Of a stretch of DNA of 64,000 nt, positions 49,110-59,419 are shown one piece after another (within the stretch, counting starts at the first letter, position 1; each line of letters opens with the position of its first letter). Source of the DNA: an uncultured delta proteobacterium (GTDB lineage: Bacteria > Myxococcota_A > Polyangia > Polyangiales > Polyangiaceae); contig CAWJCS010000003.1 of the NCBI GenBank assembly GCA_963841435.1, positions 1,312,001 through 1,376,000 on the forward strand, in the 5' to 3' direction. The notes beneath the pieces were generated by a model that saw nothing but the letters and a program-made list of their open reading frames with translations, was not told the origin of the DNA and did no database searches. The translations under genes and the position numbers were made by a program.

Positions 49110-51367
49110 GCCACGTGGCAGGCGACGCGCGCCCCGCGAGCTCGCGCATGGCGCGCCTTGCCCGCTTTCGCCTCGACGACCGCGTGGGCCTCCCGCGCGC
49201 CGAGCCTTGGCTCGAGCGTCTCGGCGAGGCGTGCATGCTCGCTGCAACGCTCTGGCTCTTCGGCGTCGGGGTCTGGGAGATTGGTGCGCCGTTTTCCGCC
49301 GGCCACTACGCCGCCGCCACGGCCGTGCTCACGGGCGCCGAGAACATGCTGCGTTTCGGCGTCATCGCACCCGTGAACCACGTCATCTCGGCTCCGCCGT
49401 CGCCGTCGGACTACTACTGTCACCACCCGTTCGGCATCTTCTGGACGGCCGTGCCCTTCGCCGCGCTCTTCGGGCACCACGCGTGGGTCTGCCGCTTGCC
49501 GGCGGTGCTCATGACGGGCGCGATGCCGTGGCTCGTTTACCGCGGCACGCGCGCGGCCCTCGGGCCCGTCGCCGGTGGGGTCGCAGCGCTCGGCTACTCG
49601 GTTTTGCCCATCACGCTCGCCTACGCCCAGTTCTTCGCACTCGAGGTGCCCGTGATGTTCGGCATGGCGCTCGCCACGTGGGCGCTCGTGCGCTTCTTCC
49701 AGGCGGGCAGCCAACGCTACGCCGTGCTCGCGCTCTTCGGGCTCGGCTACGCCTCCGCAGCCGATTGGCCCGGCATGCTGTTTGCGGGGCTCGTGCTCGC
49801 CGCGCTCTTCCTGCGCGGCTTCGCGCTCAGGCGCTTTTACCCGACCCTGCCCTTCGAACGCTTCGCCGTGCTCTGGTCGAGCGCCGTCGGCGTCCTCGGG
49901 CTCGTCGTCGCGTTCCACTTGGCAGCGCTCGTGAAGCTCGACCAGCTCGGCGAGCTACTGCGTCAGGGCGAGTTTCGCTCATTGGGGGCGAGCCGCCCAC
50001 TGTCGGAAACGCTGGCAGCGCGGCATTACTGGATCGCGCTCGCCTTCACGCCGCTCGCCGTGGCCATGGGCAAGCTCGCGCTGCCGGTGCTGATTGCACG
50101 AGCCGTGCTCGTGCGGCGCGAGCTCGAGCTCGTCGTGCTCGCCATCTTCGCGACGGCGGCGGCACAGTACGTGGTGTTCAAGCAGGGCGCCGACATCCAC
50201 TTCTTCTGGCCGCAGTACTTCGCACTCTACTTCGCCTACGCCTTCGGCGCGCTGACGGCGACGCTGGAAGCCGCCGGTTGACGTTTCGCGCCGCGCTTCG
50301 GGTCCTCGCCCGGGCGGTCATCGGCTGCGGCACTCGCCGTCGGGCTCGCGACGCTCTTCTGGGTCTTGCCCGACGGCGTGCGCGCGCTCGTCTACGCCCG
50401 CAAGACGGGCGGCCGCTTCAACGAGAAGGGCGCGCTCATCTATCCCGACGTTGACAAGGAGGCCGCGTTCGAGGCCCTCGCCGGCGAGCTGCCGGAAGAC
50501 GCGCTCGTCGGCGTTGACCCCGGGATGCGGCCGATGTACTGGATGGACTGGGCGCTCGGGCGTCCCGTCGGTATCGCGCCGCTGCCGCGTCTCGGGCGAC
50601 CTCTTCGCCACACCCACTTCGTGCTCGACACGCGTTTCGCGAGCGCCCTTGCGGCCACGGCGCTCGTCCGCGAGTTTGCCGTGCAAGCCTACGGACCGTT
50701 CTTGGTCGCAGACCTCAGGGCCGCGAGGACGCCGCTTGCCGCCAACGCACTCAGGCCCCGCTCGCCCACGCTCCTCGAGCGCCTGTTCGTCACGGCGACG
50801 CAGTCACGCTACGAGGTCACGCGCGACCCCTACCTCCGATGGGAGCTCGCCTTACACTTCGGCGACCGTGCCACGAAGCCCCCCGCCGTGCCCCCCGGCA
50901 GCGGCGACGATCTGCGCATCGCCCACAACCTCGCGGTCGCCCGGGGTGACACGGCCCTCGCCGCCGAGCTCGAGAAGCGACTCTTCGCCGACGCGGACCG
51001 CCGCATCGCGCGCCAATTCACGCACGGAGTCGAGCTCCTGGGCCGCCGCTTCGAGCCCGGCGCCGACCGCCTCACGCTTTACTTCCGGACGACCGCCGAG
51101 CTCGGCGCCGACTTTCCCTTCGGCATCGTCTCGGAAGTGCTCGACGCGCCGCGCTGGTCCACGACGCCGCGTGACCCGCTGCTCCGGGACACGGGCCTGC
51201 CCTGCCCGATCCCCACGTCGCTCTGGCGCCCCGGCTTCATCTACGCCGCCACGACGGAGATCCTGCGGCGTCCGGGGCGCGAGCGCTACCTCGGTGCTTT
51301 TCGCGGGCCCGGCGCGCCCGAGCCCGAGGGCGGACCGCCCGAAGTCGAGCTCCTCGCGCTAGAGTAG
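49106..51367 (+). CDS. GT-C membrane glycosyltransferase interrupted by a single in-frame TGA at 50279-50281 (possible pseudogene)
   Basis: YYCHHPFG, WVCRLP, AADWP, multi-TM. ORFs 49106-50281 and 50366-51367 share a frame, with an open hydrophobic linker between them. Confidence 0.72.
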
Positions 51368-51371
51368 CCCC

Positions 51372-52341
51372 GTGAGCGCGCCCGCACGCTTCCTCGTCGT
51401 CGGCGGCGCGGGCTTCATCGGAAGCCACCTCGTCGACCGCCTTTTAGAGCGCGGCACGGTCACGCTGTTCGACAACCTCTCCGTGGGGCGCCGCGAGCTC
51501 GTCCGAGGACCGCTGGCGAGCGGCCGCGCGCAAATCGTCGAGGCCGACGCCCTGGATCTCGACGCGCTCACTCGCGCCACCGAAGGGCACGACGCGGTCT
51601 TTCACCTTTCCGCGAACCCCGAGGCACGCCACGGCCTCGAGAACACGCGTCTCGACCTCGAGCAGGGTACGATCGTCACGCACCACGTGCTCGAGGCCAT
51701 GCGCCGCACGGGTGTGCGGCGGCTCGTGCTGGCGTCGTCCGGCACCGTGTACGGCGACACCCCCGAGCCGTGCGCGGAGGACGACCTCGGGCACCTGCCG
51801 ATTCTCGCTCTACGGTGCCGCGAAGCTCGCCGCCGAGGCGCTCGCGAGCGCACACGTCGAGTGCTTCGGGCTCTCCGCCTGGATCTTCCGCTTCGGCAAC
51901 GTGGTCGGCCCCCGTGGCACACACGGAGCGGCGCTCGATTTTCTGCGCAAGCTGGAGAAAAATCCGCGCGAGCTCGAGGTACTCGGTGACGGCGCCCAAG
52001 CGAAGCCGTACGTGTACGTGAGCGACTGCGTTGACGGCATGCTGTTCGGCTTCGACCACGCGCCAGGGCCGCTCGCCGTCTACAACATCGCTCCACCCGA
52101 CACGACGAGCGTCCGGCGCATCGCGGAGCTCTGCGTCGCCGCCTCGCCTTACCCCGAAGCGACCATCCGGTACACGGGCGGCACGCGCGGCTGGGCCGGC
52201 GACATCCCTCGCTCGCGGCTCGACCCGGGTCGCCTCGCCACGCTCGGTTTCCGGGTCACGCATTCGAGCGACGAAGCCGTGCGCCGCGCCGTCACGGCGC
52301 TCGCCGGCGAGGTATTCGGAGAGCGCGCGGGGGCTCGGTGA
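51372..52341 (+). CDS. NAD-dependent epimerase/dehydratase (extended SDR; apparent frameshift at ~51803)
   Basis: GGAGFIG, ASSGTVYG, YGAAK, RFGNVVGP. Confidence 0.9.
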
Positions 52342-53045
52342 TGCAGGCCGTGATCCTGGCCGGAGGCCTGGCCACGCGTCTGGGCGAGCGGGCACGCGAT
52401 CAACCCAAATCGCTGCTCGTCGTGGGTGGTCGCCCATTCCTCGCGTGGCAGCTCGAGGCGCTCGCGCGCGCCGGCATCGCTGACGTGGTGCTCTGTATCG
52501 CGCACCTCGGCGAGAGCATCCGCGCCTTCGCAGGCGACGGCAGCGCCTTCGGTCTCCGCGTCCGCTACGCCGAGGACGGACCGACGCCGCTCGGCACGGG
52601 AGGCGCGCTTCGCGCCGCCCTCGACGTGCTCGAGCCCGAGCTCGTCGTCACGTACGGCGACAGCTACCTGCCCTTCGACTATTCGGCGCTGCTCGTCGAT
52701 CTTCGTGCTCACCCCGAAGCGAGCGGCACGATGTCGGTCTACGAGAACCGCGGGCGATGGGACTCGAGCAACGTCGCCGTCGAGCGGGATCTCGTGGTGC
52801 GGTACGAGAAGGGGGCGCGCGACCCGGCGCTCCGTTACATCGACTACGGCGCGACGGCCCTGAGAAGGAGCGTGATCGGAGGGCTTGCCGCCGGTGAGCC
52901 GCTCGGTCTCGAGCAGCTGCTCGGCACGCTCGTCGCGAGCCTCACGCTCAGAGCCTACGTCGCTGACACGCGCTTTTACGAGATCGGCTCCGAGGCGGGG
53001 CTCGCCGAGCTCGACCGTCACCTTCGCGTTCGAAAGGGCGGCTGA
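52338..53045 (+). CDS. Sugar-phosphate nucleotidyltransferase, HddC-like
   Basis: ILAGGLATRL...PKSL, LGTGGAL, YGDSY, FYEIGS. Confidence 0.85.
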   Translation: MMQAVILAGGLATRLGERARDQPKSLLVVGGRPFLAWQLEALARAGIADVVLCIAHLGESIRAFAGDGSAFGLRVRYAEDGPTPLGTGGALRAALDVLEPELVVTYGDSYLPFDYSALLVDLRAHPEASGTMSVYENRGRWDSSNVAVERDLVVRYEKGARDPALRYIDYGATALRRSVIGGLAAGEPLGLEQLLGTLVASLTLRAYVADTRFYEIGSEAGLAELDRHLRVRKGG

Positions 53046-53111
53046 ACGGCCTGTATTCGGCATGCGCTCCCAACACTTACGTGAGAGCACCCGGCCGAAC
53101 AATGTCCGCCC

Positions 53112-54008
53112 ATGACGCGGGCGCCTCTTGACCGCAGGGGGCAGCGAGCCGAAAAAGCTCGGGTGGAGTCTCTCGCCGTCGTGACCGCGCCGATCGACCC
53201 GAAGCGGTCCGCCGACGCAAAGCCATTCGTGAAATGGGTCGGCGGCAAGCGCCAGCTGCTCGCCGCAATCGGCGAGCGCGTGCGCTTCGGCACGAAGGGC
53301 ACGTACCACGAGCCGTTCGTCGGCGGCGGCGCGGTGTTCTTTCACTTGCAGCCGCGTCGTGCCGTGCTCACCGATTCGAACGAGCGCCTGATCCGCACGT
53401 ATCGCGGCATCAAGAACGACGTCGAAGGCGTCATTCGTCGCCTGCGCTCCTACCCGCACGACAAGAGCTTCTATCTCGAAATGCGCGCTCGCGACATCGA
53501 TGGGGCGAGCGACGTCGATGTGGCCGCCTGGTTCATCTACCTGAATCGCACGGGCTACAACGGCCTCTACCGCGTCAACAGCCGGAACGGCTTCAACGTC
53601 CCCTTCGGCGACTACAAGAACCCCACGATCTGCGATCGGGACACCCTGCGCGCCTGCGCCGCGGCCCTGCGCGGCGCGAAGCTCATGGTGAGCGATTTCG
53701 AAACCGTGGCCAATCGTGCAAAAGCCGGCGATTTCGTGTATTTCGACCCGCCGTACATCCCCCTCACCGCCACGTCGCGCTTCACGGACTACACGAGCGA
53801 GGGTTTTTCGGACGCCGAGCAGGTTCGCCTGCGTGACCTCGCCCTCGCGCTCCGCAAGCGTCGCGTTCACGTGCTGCTCTCGAACTCCTCCGCTCCTCGT
53901 GTGTACGACCTCTACGCGGATTTCAACTGCGTCGAGGTCGACGCGCGGCGCTCGGTCAACTGCAAACCGGACGGCCGGGGGCGCATTTCCGAGCTCCTGA
54001 TCTTCTGA
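53112..54008 (+). CDS. dam: DNA adenine methyltransferase (Dam/DpnM alpha group)
   Basis: KWVGGK, EPFVGGGAVF, YLNRTGYNGLYRVN...FNVPFG, YFDPPY, LSNS. Confidence 0.92.
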   Translation: MTRAPLDRRGQRAEKARVESLAVVTAPIDPKRSADAKPFVKWVGGKRQLLAAIGERVRFGTKGTYHEPFVGGGAVFFHLQPRRAVLTDSNERLIRTYRGIKNDVEGVIRRLRSYPHDKSFYLEMRARDIDGASDVDVAAWFIYLNRTGYNGLYRVNSRNGFNVPFGDYKNPTICDRDTLRACAAALRGAKLMVSDFETVANRAKAGDFVYFDPPYIPLTATSRFTDYTSEGFSDAEQVRLRDLALALRKRRVHVLLSNSSAPRVYDLYADFNCVEVDARRSVNCKPDGRGRISELLIF

Positions 54009-54406
54009 TGGCAGGCCGCTCCTCGGCCGCTTCCGGCGGCGAGAATCTCGAGCTCGAGGTCATGGCCCTCGCCGAGCGGCTCGGGCTGGAAGCCCGGCGT
54101 CAGGTGAAGGTCGGGCGCCGGCTCTGGGGAGCCGAGCGGCGCATCGACGTGGTCGTGACGGAGCCCGTGAGCCGCCGCCGGCTCGGCCTCGAATGCAAGT
54201 TCCAGGCTGTCGCAGGGTCGGCCGAGGAGAAAATTCCAACCACCATCCAGGACATTCAAGCCTGGCCCATCCCGGGCATCGTCGTGTTCTCCGGCGACGG
54301 TTTCAGCCCGTACATGCGCTCCTTTCTGATCGCATCCGGCCGCGCCGTCGAGCTCGTCGACCTCGAGAGCTGGCTCAGGCTGTTTTTCGGCCTGCCGATC
54401 GACTGA
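54008..54406 (+). CDS. Small PD-(D/E)XK nuclease, putative restriction endonuclease
   Basis: GENLE...RIDVVV...LECKFQ...GSAEEK; TGATG overlap with the dam stop. Confidence 0.75.
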   Translation: MAGRSSAASGGENLELEVMALAERLGLEARRQVKVGRRLWGAERRIDVVVTEPVSRRRLGLECKFQAVAGSAEEKIPTTIQDIQAWPIPGIVVFSGDGFSPYMRSFLIASGRAVELVDLESWLRLFFGLPID

Positions 54407-54506
54407 GCCGGCGCAAAACCGCCACACCCGCCGTCCACGGAGCGTCGCGCTTTCGGTACGACGGCGCGTGCCGCGTGGCGATTGTCCAGGTCGTTCGACT
54501 CCTGCG

Positions 54507-55538
54507 TCACTCTCGCGACGCGCTGCCACCACCCGAGGGAATCACGTCGAAATGGACGAGGCCGTCAACGTGCAGGCTCGTGTAGTCGAGCTCGAAGGAG
54601 CGCGGCTCGCCGACGGGCGGGTGATAGAGCCTGTCCGAGCGGGCCCTCGCGTAGTCGAACGCAACGACCCCATCGACTCTGAGCTTCGCTCGCAGGATCG
54701 CCAAGCCAAGCTGCACGCGAAAGCCCAGCGTCGTCGCGTGTTGCTCTTCGAACTTGAGGTAGTGAAGCGCCGGGCCGCCACCCACGAAGAGCTCCCGCGT
54801 GCGCGCGGCGTCCACCGGGAGCTCGAGGTTGACCGTCCCGACCTCGCTCACACGGATGAACTGAAAAAGGCGCGTCGATCCCGACGAATCGGCGACGGCA
54901 GCAACCTTGGGTCCCCAGCCGAGCTCCGACGAGGCCTGAATCCTAAAAAAACGCGTGGGCGAGAAGTTGACCGACACCTCGGGCAGGTAGAAGATGACGA
55001 GCTTCTCGGCCTGCTCTTGCAGGAATACGAAGTCGCCGCGTGAGGTGACCCAGTCGGTCATGTATCGATTCGGGTCCGTCGGCGAAAAGAACAGGCCGAA
55101 CCCGGCGCCGAACCCGAGCATGAACATCGCGGGGCGAACGGGCGGCGGGAGCGCAGGCGGCGCGGGCACCGGACCCGGTGGCACGCTCGCCGGCACGACC
55201 GATGCCGAGGGCGGTGGCGCGACCGGCTGGGCGCTGGACGCCGGCGTGACGGGAAGCGCGCCAGGCGCGGGCGGCGCGGCACCGTCGGCGGTAGCGGCAT
55301 CACCCCCAACCGAGGGTGCCCCGGATGACGCCGTCGCCGTCCCGCCGGGAGCCGGCGGCGCCACGCTCGGTGCCGACGGCTCGGCGCTACCGGCGGGCTC
55401 ATCGAAAGGAAAGCTCGCCGTGGGCGGTGCGGTCCCCGGGGTAGGTGAAGGTGCGGCAGGTTGTGCGCCCGCGCGCGGCGTCGCGATCACAACGAGCGCA
55501 CACCACCCGAAGAGCGAGCTTGCGCGACCGAACAGCAC
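54507..55538 (-). CDS. Outer-membrane beta-barrel-like protein with Pro/Ala-rich N-terminus
   Basis: Signal ...AGA, long PA-rich linker, amphipathic strands; start uncertain. Confidence 0.6.
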   Translation of the reverse strand: MLFGRASSLFGWCALVVIATPRAGAQPAAPSPTPGTAPPTASFPFDEPAGSAEPSAPSVAPPAPGGTATASSGAPSVGGDAATADGAAPPAPGALPVTPASSAQPVAPPPSASVVPASVPPGPVPAPPALPPPVRPAMFMLGFGAGFGLFFSPTDPNRYMTDWVTSRGDFVFLQEQAEKLVIFYLPEVSVNFSPTRFFRIQASSELGWGPKVAAVADSSGSTRLFQFIRVSEVGTVNLELPVDAARTRELFVGGGPALHYLKFEEQHATTLGFRVQLGLAILRAKLRVDGVVAFDYARARSDRLYHPPVGEPRSFELDYTSLHVDGLVHFDVIPSGGGSASRE

Positions 55539-55641
55539 GGTTCGGGACGAGGCTATGGGTCGCCCGCTCCGCCCGCAAGCGTGAACGCCGGCCGCGCGGC
55601 AACGACGTTGAACGAAGCGCACGATCGGTCAAACTAGAGCT

Positions 55642-56394
55642 ATGGATGGCGATCTCCGCGCGTCGGAGCCGCCTGACGGCGGCGCGTCGTTCCGAAAGCA
55701 GATGCTGGCCCGGATTCCGGGCTGGTATTCCCCGCTCGGACACCTCACCGCCACCGTGGGCATCGGCGTCGTCACGCTCGCCGTCGCGATGGCCCGCCTC
55801 GGCTCGCCCGCGCTCCGCGACCTGGCCGTGATTCCGGCAACGGTCGTCTTCGCGAACCTCGTGGAGTGGCTCGCCCATCGCTTCCTCATGCACGAGCGTC
55901 ACCGCCCGTTCACGGTCCTCTTCGACCGCCACACGCCCGAGCACCACCGCGTTTATCGCTACGAGAGCATGGAGATCGAAAGCCTGCGCGAGCTCAGGCT
56001 CGTGTTGATTCCGGCCGCTGGCGTGCTCGGCATCGTGCTCCTCGCGGCGCCGGTCGCGCTGCTGCTCGGCACCATGCTCTCTGCCGACGCCGGCTGGCTG
56101 TTCCTCGCGACCTCGGCCCTCTACGTGGTCGGCTACGAGCTGTCGCACCTCGCCTACCACCTGCCGGAGACCTCGCCCGTGTACCGGCTACCGTTTCTAC
56201 GGGCGCTGCGCGAGCACCACGCGCGCCACCATCTGCCCGGGCTCATGCAGAAGGCGAACTTCAACGTCACCATCCCGCTCGCGGACGTGCTGTTCCGCAC
56301 CCGCGCCCGGCGAGCCACCGTCGAGCAGGCGCTCGCCCGACAGTGGGCAAACGAGGCCCGCAAGCGCCACGCGGCGGCGACCCGGGCGGCCTAG
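55642..56394 (+). CDS. Fatty acid hydroxylase / sterol desaturase family
   Basis: His boxes HRFLMH, HTPEHH, HLAYH, HHARHH; NFNVT...D.LF. Confidence 0.87.
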   Translation: MDGDLRASEPPDGGASFRKQMLARIPGWYSPLGHLTATVGIGVVTLAVAMARLGSPALRDLAVIPATVVFANLVEWLAHRFLMHERHRPFTVLFDRHTPEHHRVYRYESMEIESLRELRLVLIPAAGVLGIVLLAAPVALLLGTMLSADAGWLFLATSALYVVGYELSHLAYHLPETSPVYRLPFLRALREHHARHHLPGLMQKANFNVTIPLADVLFRTRARRATVEQALARQWANEARKRHAAATRAA

Positions 56395-56450
56395 CTGCTC
56401 CGCCAGTCTTTTTGGCAGGAGCAGCTCTCGAAGACCGAGCTAGCTGCGGC

Positions 56451-57554
56451 TCACTGAGCGAGCTCGATGGCCTGCTTGTCCCAGAAGGCCCCGGCAGCGG
56501 GCGCACCGTTGCAGGCGCCGTCCGACTCGCCCGGGCGCTTGAGCCAGAGGTAGGCGTCGATGTGCTCCGGATCGTCCGTCTCGAGCGTCGGAGGAACGCC
56601 GAGCTTGCGGCCGGGCGGATTGCACCACTCGACGCCGTAAGGGCCGGCTCCGTTGCGGCTCGTGTCGATGACGTAGTGGGCGCCGCCGAGAAGCTCGCTG
56701 AGCTTCTTGCCGAACGGCAAAAGCTCGTCCATGCCGCGATAGTTCGACGTGTTGAGCGCGAAGCCGTTCGCATCCTCGACACCCGCCATCTTCAAGAGAC
56801 GGGCGTGCTCCTCCACGGGGTGCCAGCGCGAGTGCCCGCCGTCGAGGTAGACGATGGTCTTCGGATTCTGGCGTAGGACCTTGATGGCGTCGTGGAGCAG
56901 GAAGACGCGCTCTTCCTGCTGAGCCTTCGTGAGGCAGTTTTCCTTCTCGAGCAGGCCGAGGGCGTCGGGCTCGAGCACGATGACGGCGGCACGATCGCCG
57001 ATGCCCGCAGCAATCTTGCGGATCCAGCGCTGGTAGGCTTCCTTCGACTTCAAGCCGCCCGCGGAGTGCTGGCCGCAGTCGCGACCGGGCACGTTGTACG
57101 CGATGAAGATCGGCACTTCGTCGTTCTGGGATGCCTGATCGACGGTCCACTTCACCTTGCGGTAGACATTGCTGTTCCACTCGCCGAGCCAGAGAGCCTG
57201 CGGGTATTTCGCGATCTTCTCGCGGAAGAGCTTGGCAATGTCCGGCTGCGTCTTTTCGAGGGCGTTGGCACGCAGGGCGGCGTTGGTCTCGGGATCGACC
57301 CAGAGCTTCATGCCCTTGAGCGGGTTGCCGACGGACTTCGGCGGTGTCGGCGCTTCGACGATCGGAGCGTCGTCGGGCGGGCCGTAGTCGTTGGTCGGCG
57401 CGAGCGCCGTGCTGGCTGGTGCCGTCGTGGGGGGCGCCCCCGTCTCGGATTGCGACGCACAGCCCGAGAGCGCGAGGACGGCGAACAACGGCGCGAGCGC
57501 GCTCGTCAGGACGCGCCGCGGGGTGAGGGCTTGGGGGCGATTCGAGATAACCAT
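56451..57554 (-). CDS. Glycoside hydrolase family 6 (cellulase) lipoprotein
   Basis: LSGC lipobox; YNVPGRDCG, LEPDAL, YLDGGH, IDTSRNG, WCNP, WLKRPGESDG. Confidence 0.92.
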   Translation of the reverse strand: MVISNRPQALTPRRVLTSALAPLFAVLALSGCASQSETGAPPTTAPASTALAPTNDYGPPDDAPIVEAPTPPKSVGNPLKGMKLWVDPETNAALRANALEKTQPDIAKLFREKIAKYPQALWLGEWNSNVYRKVKWTVDQASQNDEVPIFIAYNVPGRDCGQHSAGGLKSKEAYQRWIRKIAAGIGDRAAVIVLEPDALGLLEKENCLTKAQQEERVFLLHDAIKVLRQNPKTIVYLDGGHSRWHPVEEHARLLKMAGVEDANGFALNTSNYRGMDELLPFGKKLSELLGGAHYVIDTSRNGAGPYGVEWCNPPGRKLGVPPTLETDDPEHIDAYLWLKRPGESDGACNGAPAAGAFWDKQAIELAQ

Positions 57555-57582
57555 TGGGGGGTCCTTTATGCCGGGTTTTTCA

Positions 57583-57612
57583 CGCTTGCAAGCGGGTCTG
57601 CAACCGGTTCCA
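57583..57612. promoter_or_regulatory. Candidate LacI-family operator plus adjacent palindrome upstream of GH6
   Basis: TGCAACCGGTTCCA (57599-57612) and CGCTTGCAAGCG (57583-57594). Confidence 0.5.
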
Positions 57613-57832
57613 GGCCGGTGGACCCGGAATAGCAAAAGAAAGGCGAAAACGCAGGCTGCGCTCCGGCCCTTGGGAGCCCGTGCCGGTGATACCATTCGAG
57701 CTCCATGCTGGATGCCATGGCCGGGGAGCGCCCCGACGATCGCCGATTCGTGCCTGCCGGCCCCGCCCGCCGCGTGGGCCGCGCCCCAGCCCCTCTTGCG
57801 ACCCCCTCCGCAGTCCCCCCCACGGCCCCCTC

Positions 57833-58828
57833 ATGATCGTCTCCCGGGCACCCCTGCGCTTCTCGCTCGGCGGCGGCGGCAGCGACCTGCCCGCCTACTA
57901 TTCACGCTTCGGGGGATTCGTCGTGAGCGCGGCGATCGACCGCTACGTCTACGTCGCGGCCAACGAGCGCTTCTACGACGACATCCGACTCGCGTACTCC
58001 CAGACCGAGATCGTGCCGGACGTAGCGTCGATTCACCACCCGATCTTCCGCGAGGCGTTGCGCCTCATGGGCATCGACCACGGCATCGAGCTCGTCAGCG
58101 TCGCCGACCTGCCCTCCAACAGCGGGCTCGGCTCCTCGTCGAGCTTCACCGTGGCGCTGCTCAACGCGCTCCACGCCTACCGGCGAGACTTCGTCTCGTC
58201 CACGCGCCTCGCCGAGGAGGCGTGCGAGATCGAAATGGTGCGGCTCGGCGAGCCGATCGGCAAACAGGACCAGTACATGGCGGCGTTCGGCAACGTGACG
58301 GCGCTCGACATCGACCACGACGGGCACGTGACGGCCCAGCCCGTACCGGTGCGGGACGAGGTGCTCGACGACCTGCAAAATGCACTGCTGATCTTCTACT
58401 CGGGTGTCGAGCGCCCCGCGAAAGTGGTGCTCGGCGAGCAGGGACGGCGGCTCGAAACCGGTGACGCTGCCACGCTCGAAGGCATGCATCGCATCGCGGC
58501 CCTGGGGCGGGAGGTCTACGACCTTTTGGTGCGAGGCGACGTCGACCGGTACGGGGACATCCTGCACGAGCACTGGGAGCAAAAGCGAAAGCTCGCGAGC
58601 TCGATGACGGATCCGCGTCTAGACGAGACTTACGAGGTGGCCCGCCGCGCTGGCGCCGTCGGGGGCAAGCTCATGGGCGCCGGCGGCGGCGGCTTCTTCA
58701 TGTTCTACGTCCGCCCTCAGGAGCGGCGACGGGTGTTCGAGGCGCTCGCGGCGCGCGGCCTGAAGCCGCTGCGATTCCACTTCGATCGCGCCGGCGCGCG
58801 CATCGTCACCAACGTCCAGCGCGGCTGA
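57833..58828 (+). CDS. hddA: GHMP kinase, D-glycero-D-manno-heptose-7-phosphate kinase-like
   Basis: SRAPLRFSLGGGGSD, PSNSGLGSSS, GKQDQY, GGKLMGAGGGGF. Confidence 0.85.
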   Translation: MIVSRAPLRFSLGGGGSDLPAYYSRFGGFVVSAAIDRYVYVAANERFYDDIRLAYSQTEIVPDVASIHHPIFREALRLMGIDHGIELVSVADLPSNSGLGSSSSFTVALLNALHAYRRDFVSSTRLAEEACEIEMVRLGEPIGKQDQYMAAFGNVTALDIDHDGHVTAQPVPVRDEVLDDLQNALLIFYSGVERPAKVVLGEQGRRLETGDAATLEGMHRIAALGREVYDLLVRGDVDRYGDILHEHWEQKRKLASSMTDPRLDETYEVARRAGAVGGKLMGAGGGGFFMFYVRPQERRRVFEALAARGLKPLRFHFDRAGARIVTNVQRG

Positions 58829-59019
58829 AGCCGTCGCAGGCCTGCCCGGTGACGCGACGACCCTCGGGCTTCGTCGAAAAGACACCGGCGGAAGACCGCC
58901 CGGCTGCAGCCACCGGGCCGCAACGGCAGAAACGAGCGCTCGCGAGCCCGGCGCCCGTGCCGCGCACACTGGAACCGACAGCACCGTTGGTGGCACGTCG
59001 ACCGTGGCCCGGAGCACTT

Positions 59020-59042
59020 TTGTGATCGCGTCACAATTGACA
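59020..59042 (+). promoter_or_regulatory. Palindromic operator abutting a perfect -35 hexamer
   Basis: TTGTGA-TCGCG-TCACAA immediately followed by TTGACA. Confidence 0.5.
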
Positions 59043-59105
59043 CGCCTAGCGCGAGGAGCGAGAGTCAGCTCTCAGTGGTGCGGTGCCTGCACCAGGAGCC
59101 TTCCC

Positions 59106-59399
59106 ATGAAAGCGAGTCAGTTCGGGTGTGTTGTTGGCCTCGTCGTGTTGCTGCTGCCCATGACGGCCCAGGCTTACGTCGGGCCGGGCGCGGGGCTCAC
59201 CGCCATCGGCGCCCTGCTCGCGCTGATCGGCGGCTTCTTTCTCGCGATTCTCGGCTTCATTTGGTACCCGATTCGTCGTCTGCTTCGGGCCATGAAGCGC
59301 ACGCCTCCGGCTGAGAAGGGTGCTCCCGCAGCTGCGACGGCAGCGGCCGCCACGGCAGCGCCCGCCACGGCGAAAAGTCCCAGCACGCCCCCGGCCTGA
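59106..59399 (+). CDS. Small membrane protein with AQA|YVGPGAG motif
   Basis: Signal peptide, YVGPGAG, TM helix, WYPIRRLLR positive-inside tail; AGGAG RBS. Confidence 0.75.
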   Translation: MKASQFGCVVGLVVLLLPMTAQAYVGPGAGLTAIGALLALIGGFFLAILGFIWYPIRRLLRAMKRTPPAEKGAPAAATAAAATAAPATAKSPSTPPA

Positions 59400-59419
59400 G
59401 CGGCTCCAACCTGGCGCCC

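Noticed and set aside
50279..50320. Selenocysteine recoding of the in-frame TGA
   Set aside because: It lies in a low-complexity linker with no redox motif, and the downstream hairpin loop (TCCTCG) lacks the leading G typical of bacterial SECIS.
58991..59006. TGGCAC as a sigma54 promoter
   Set aside because: No GC at the -12 position (GG-N10-GT).
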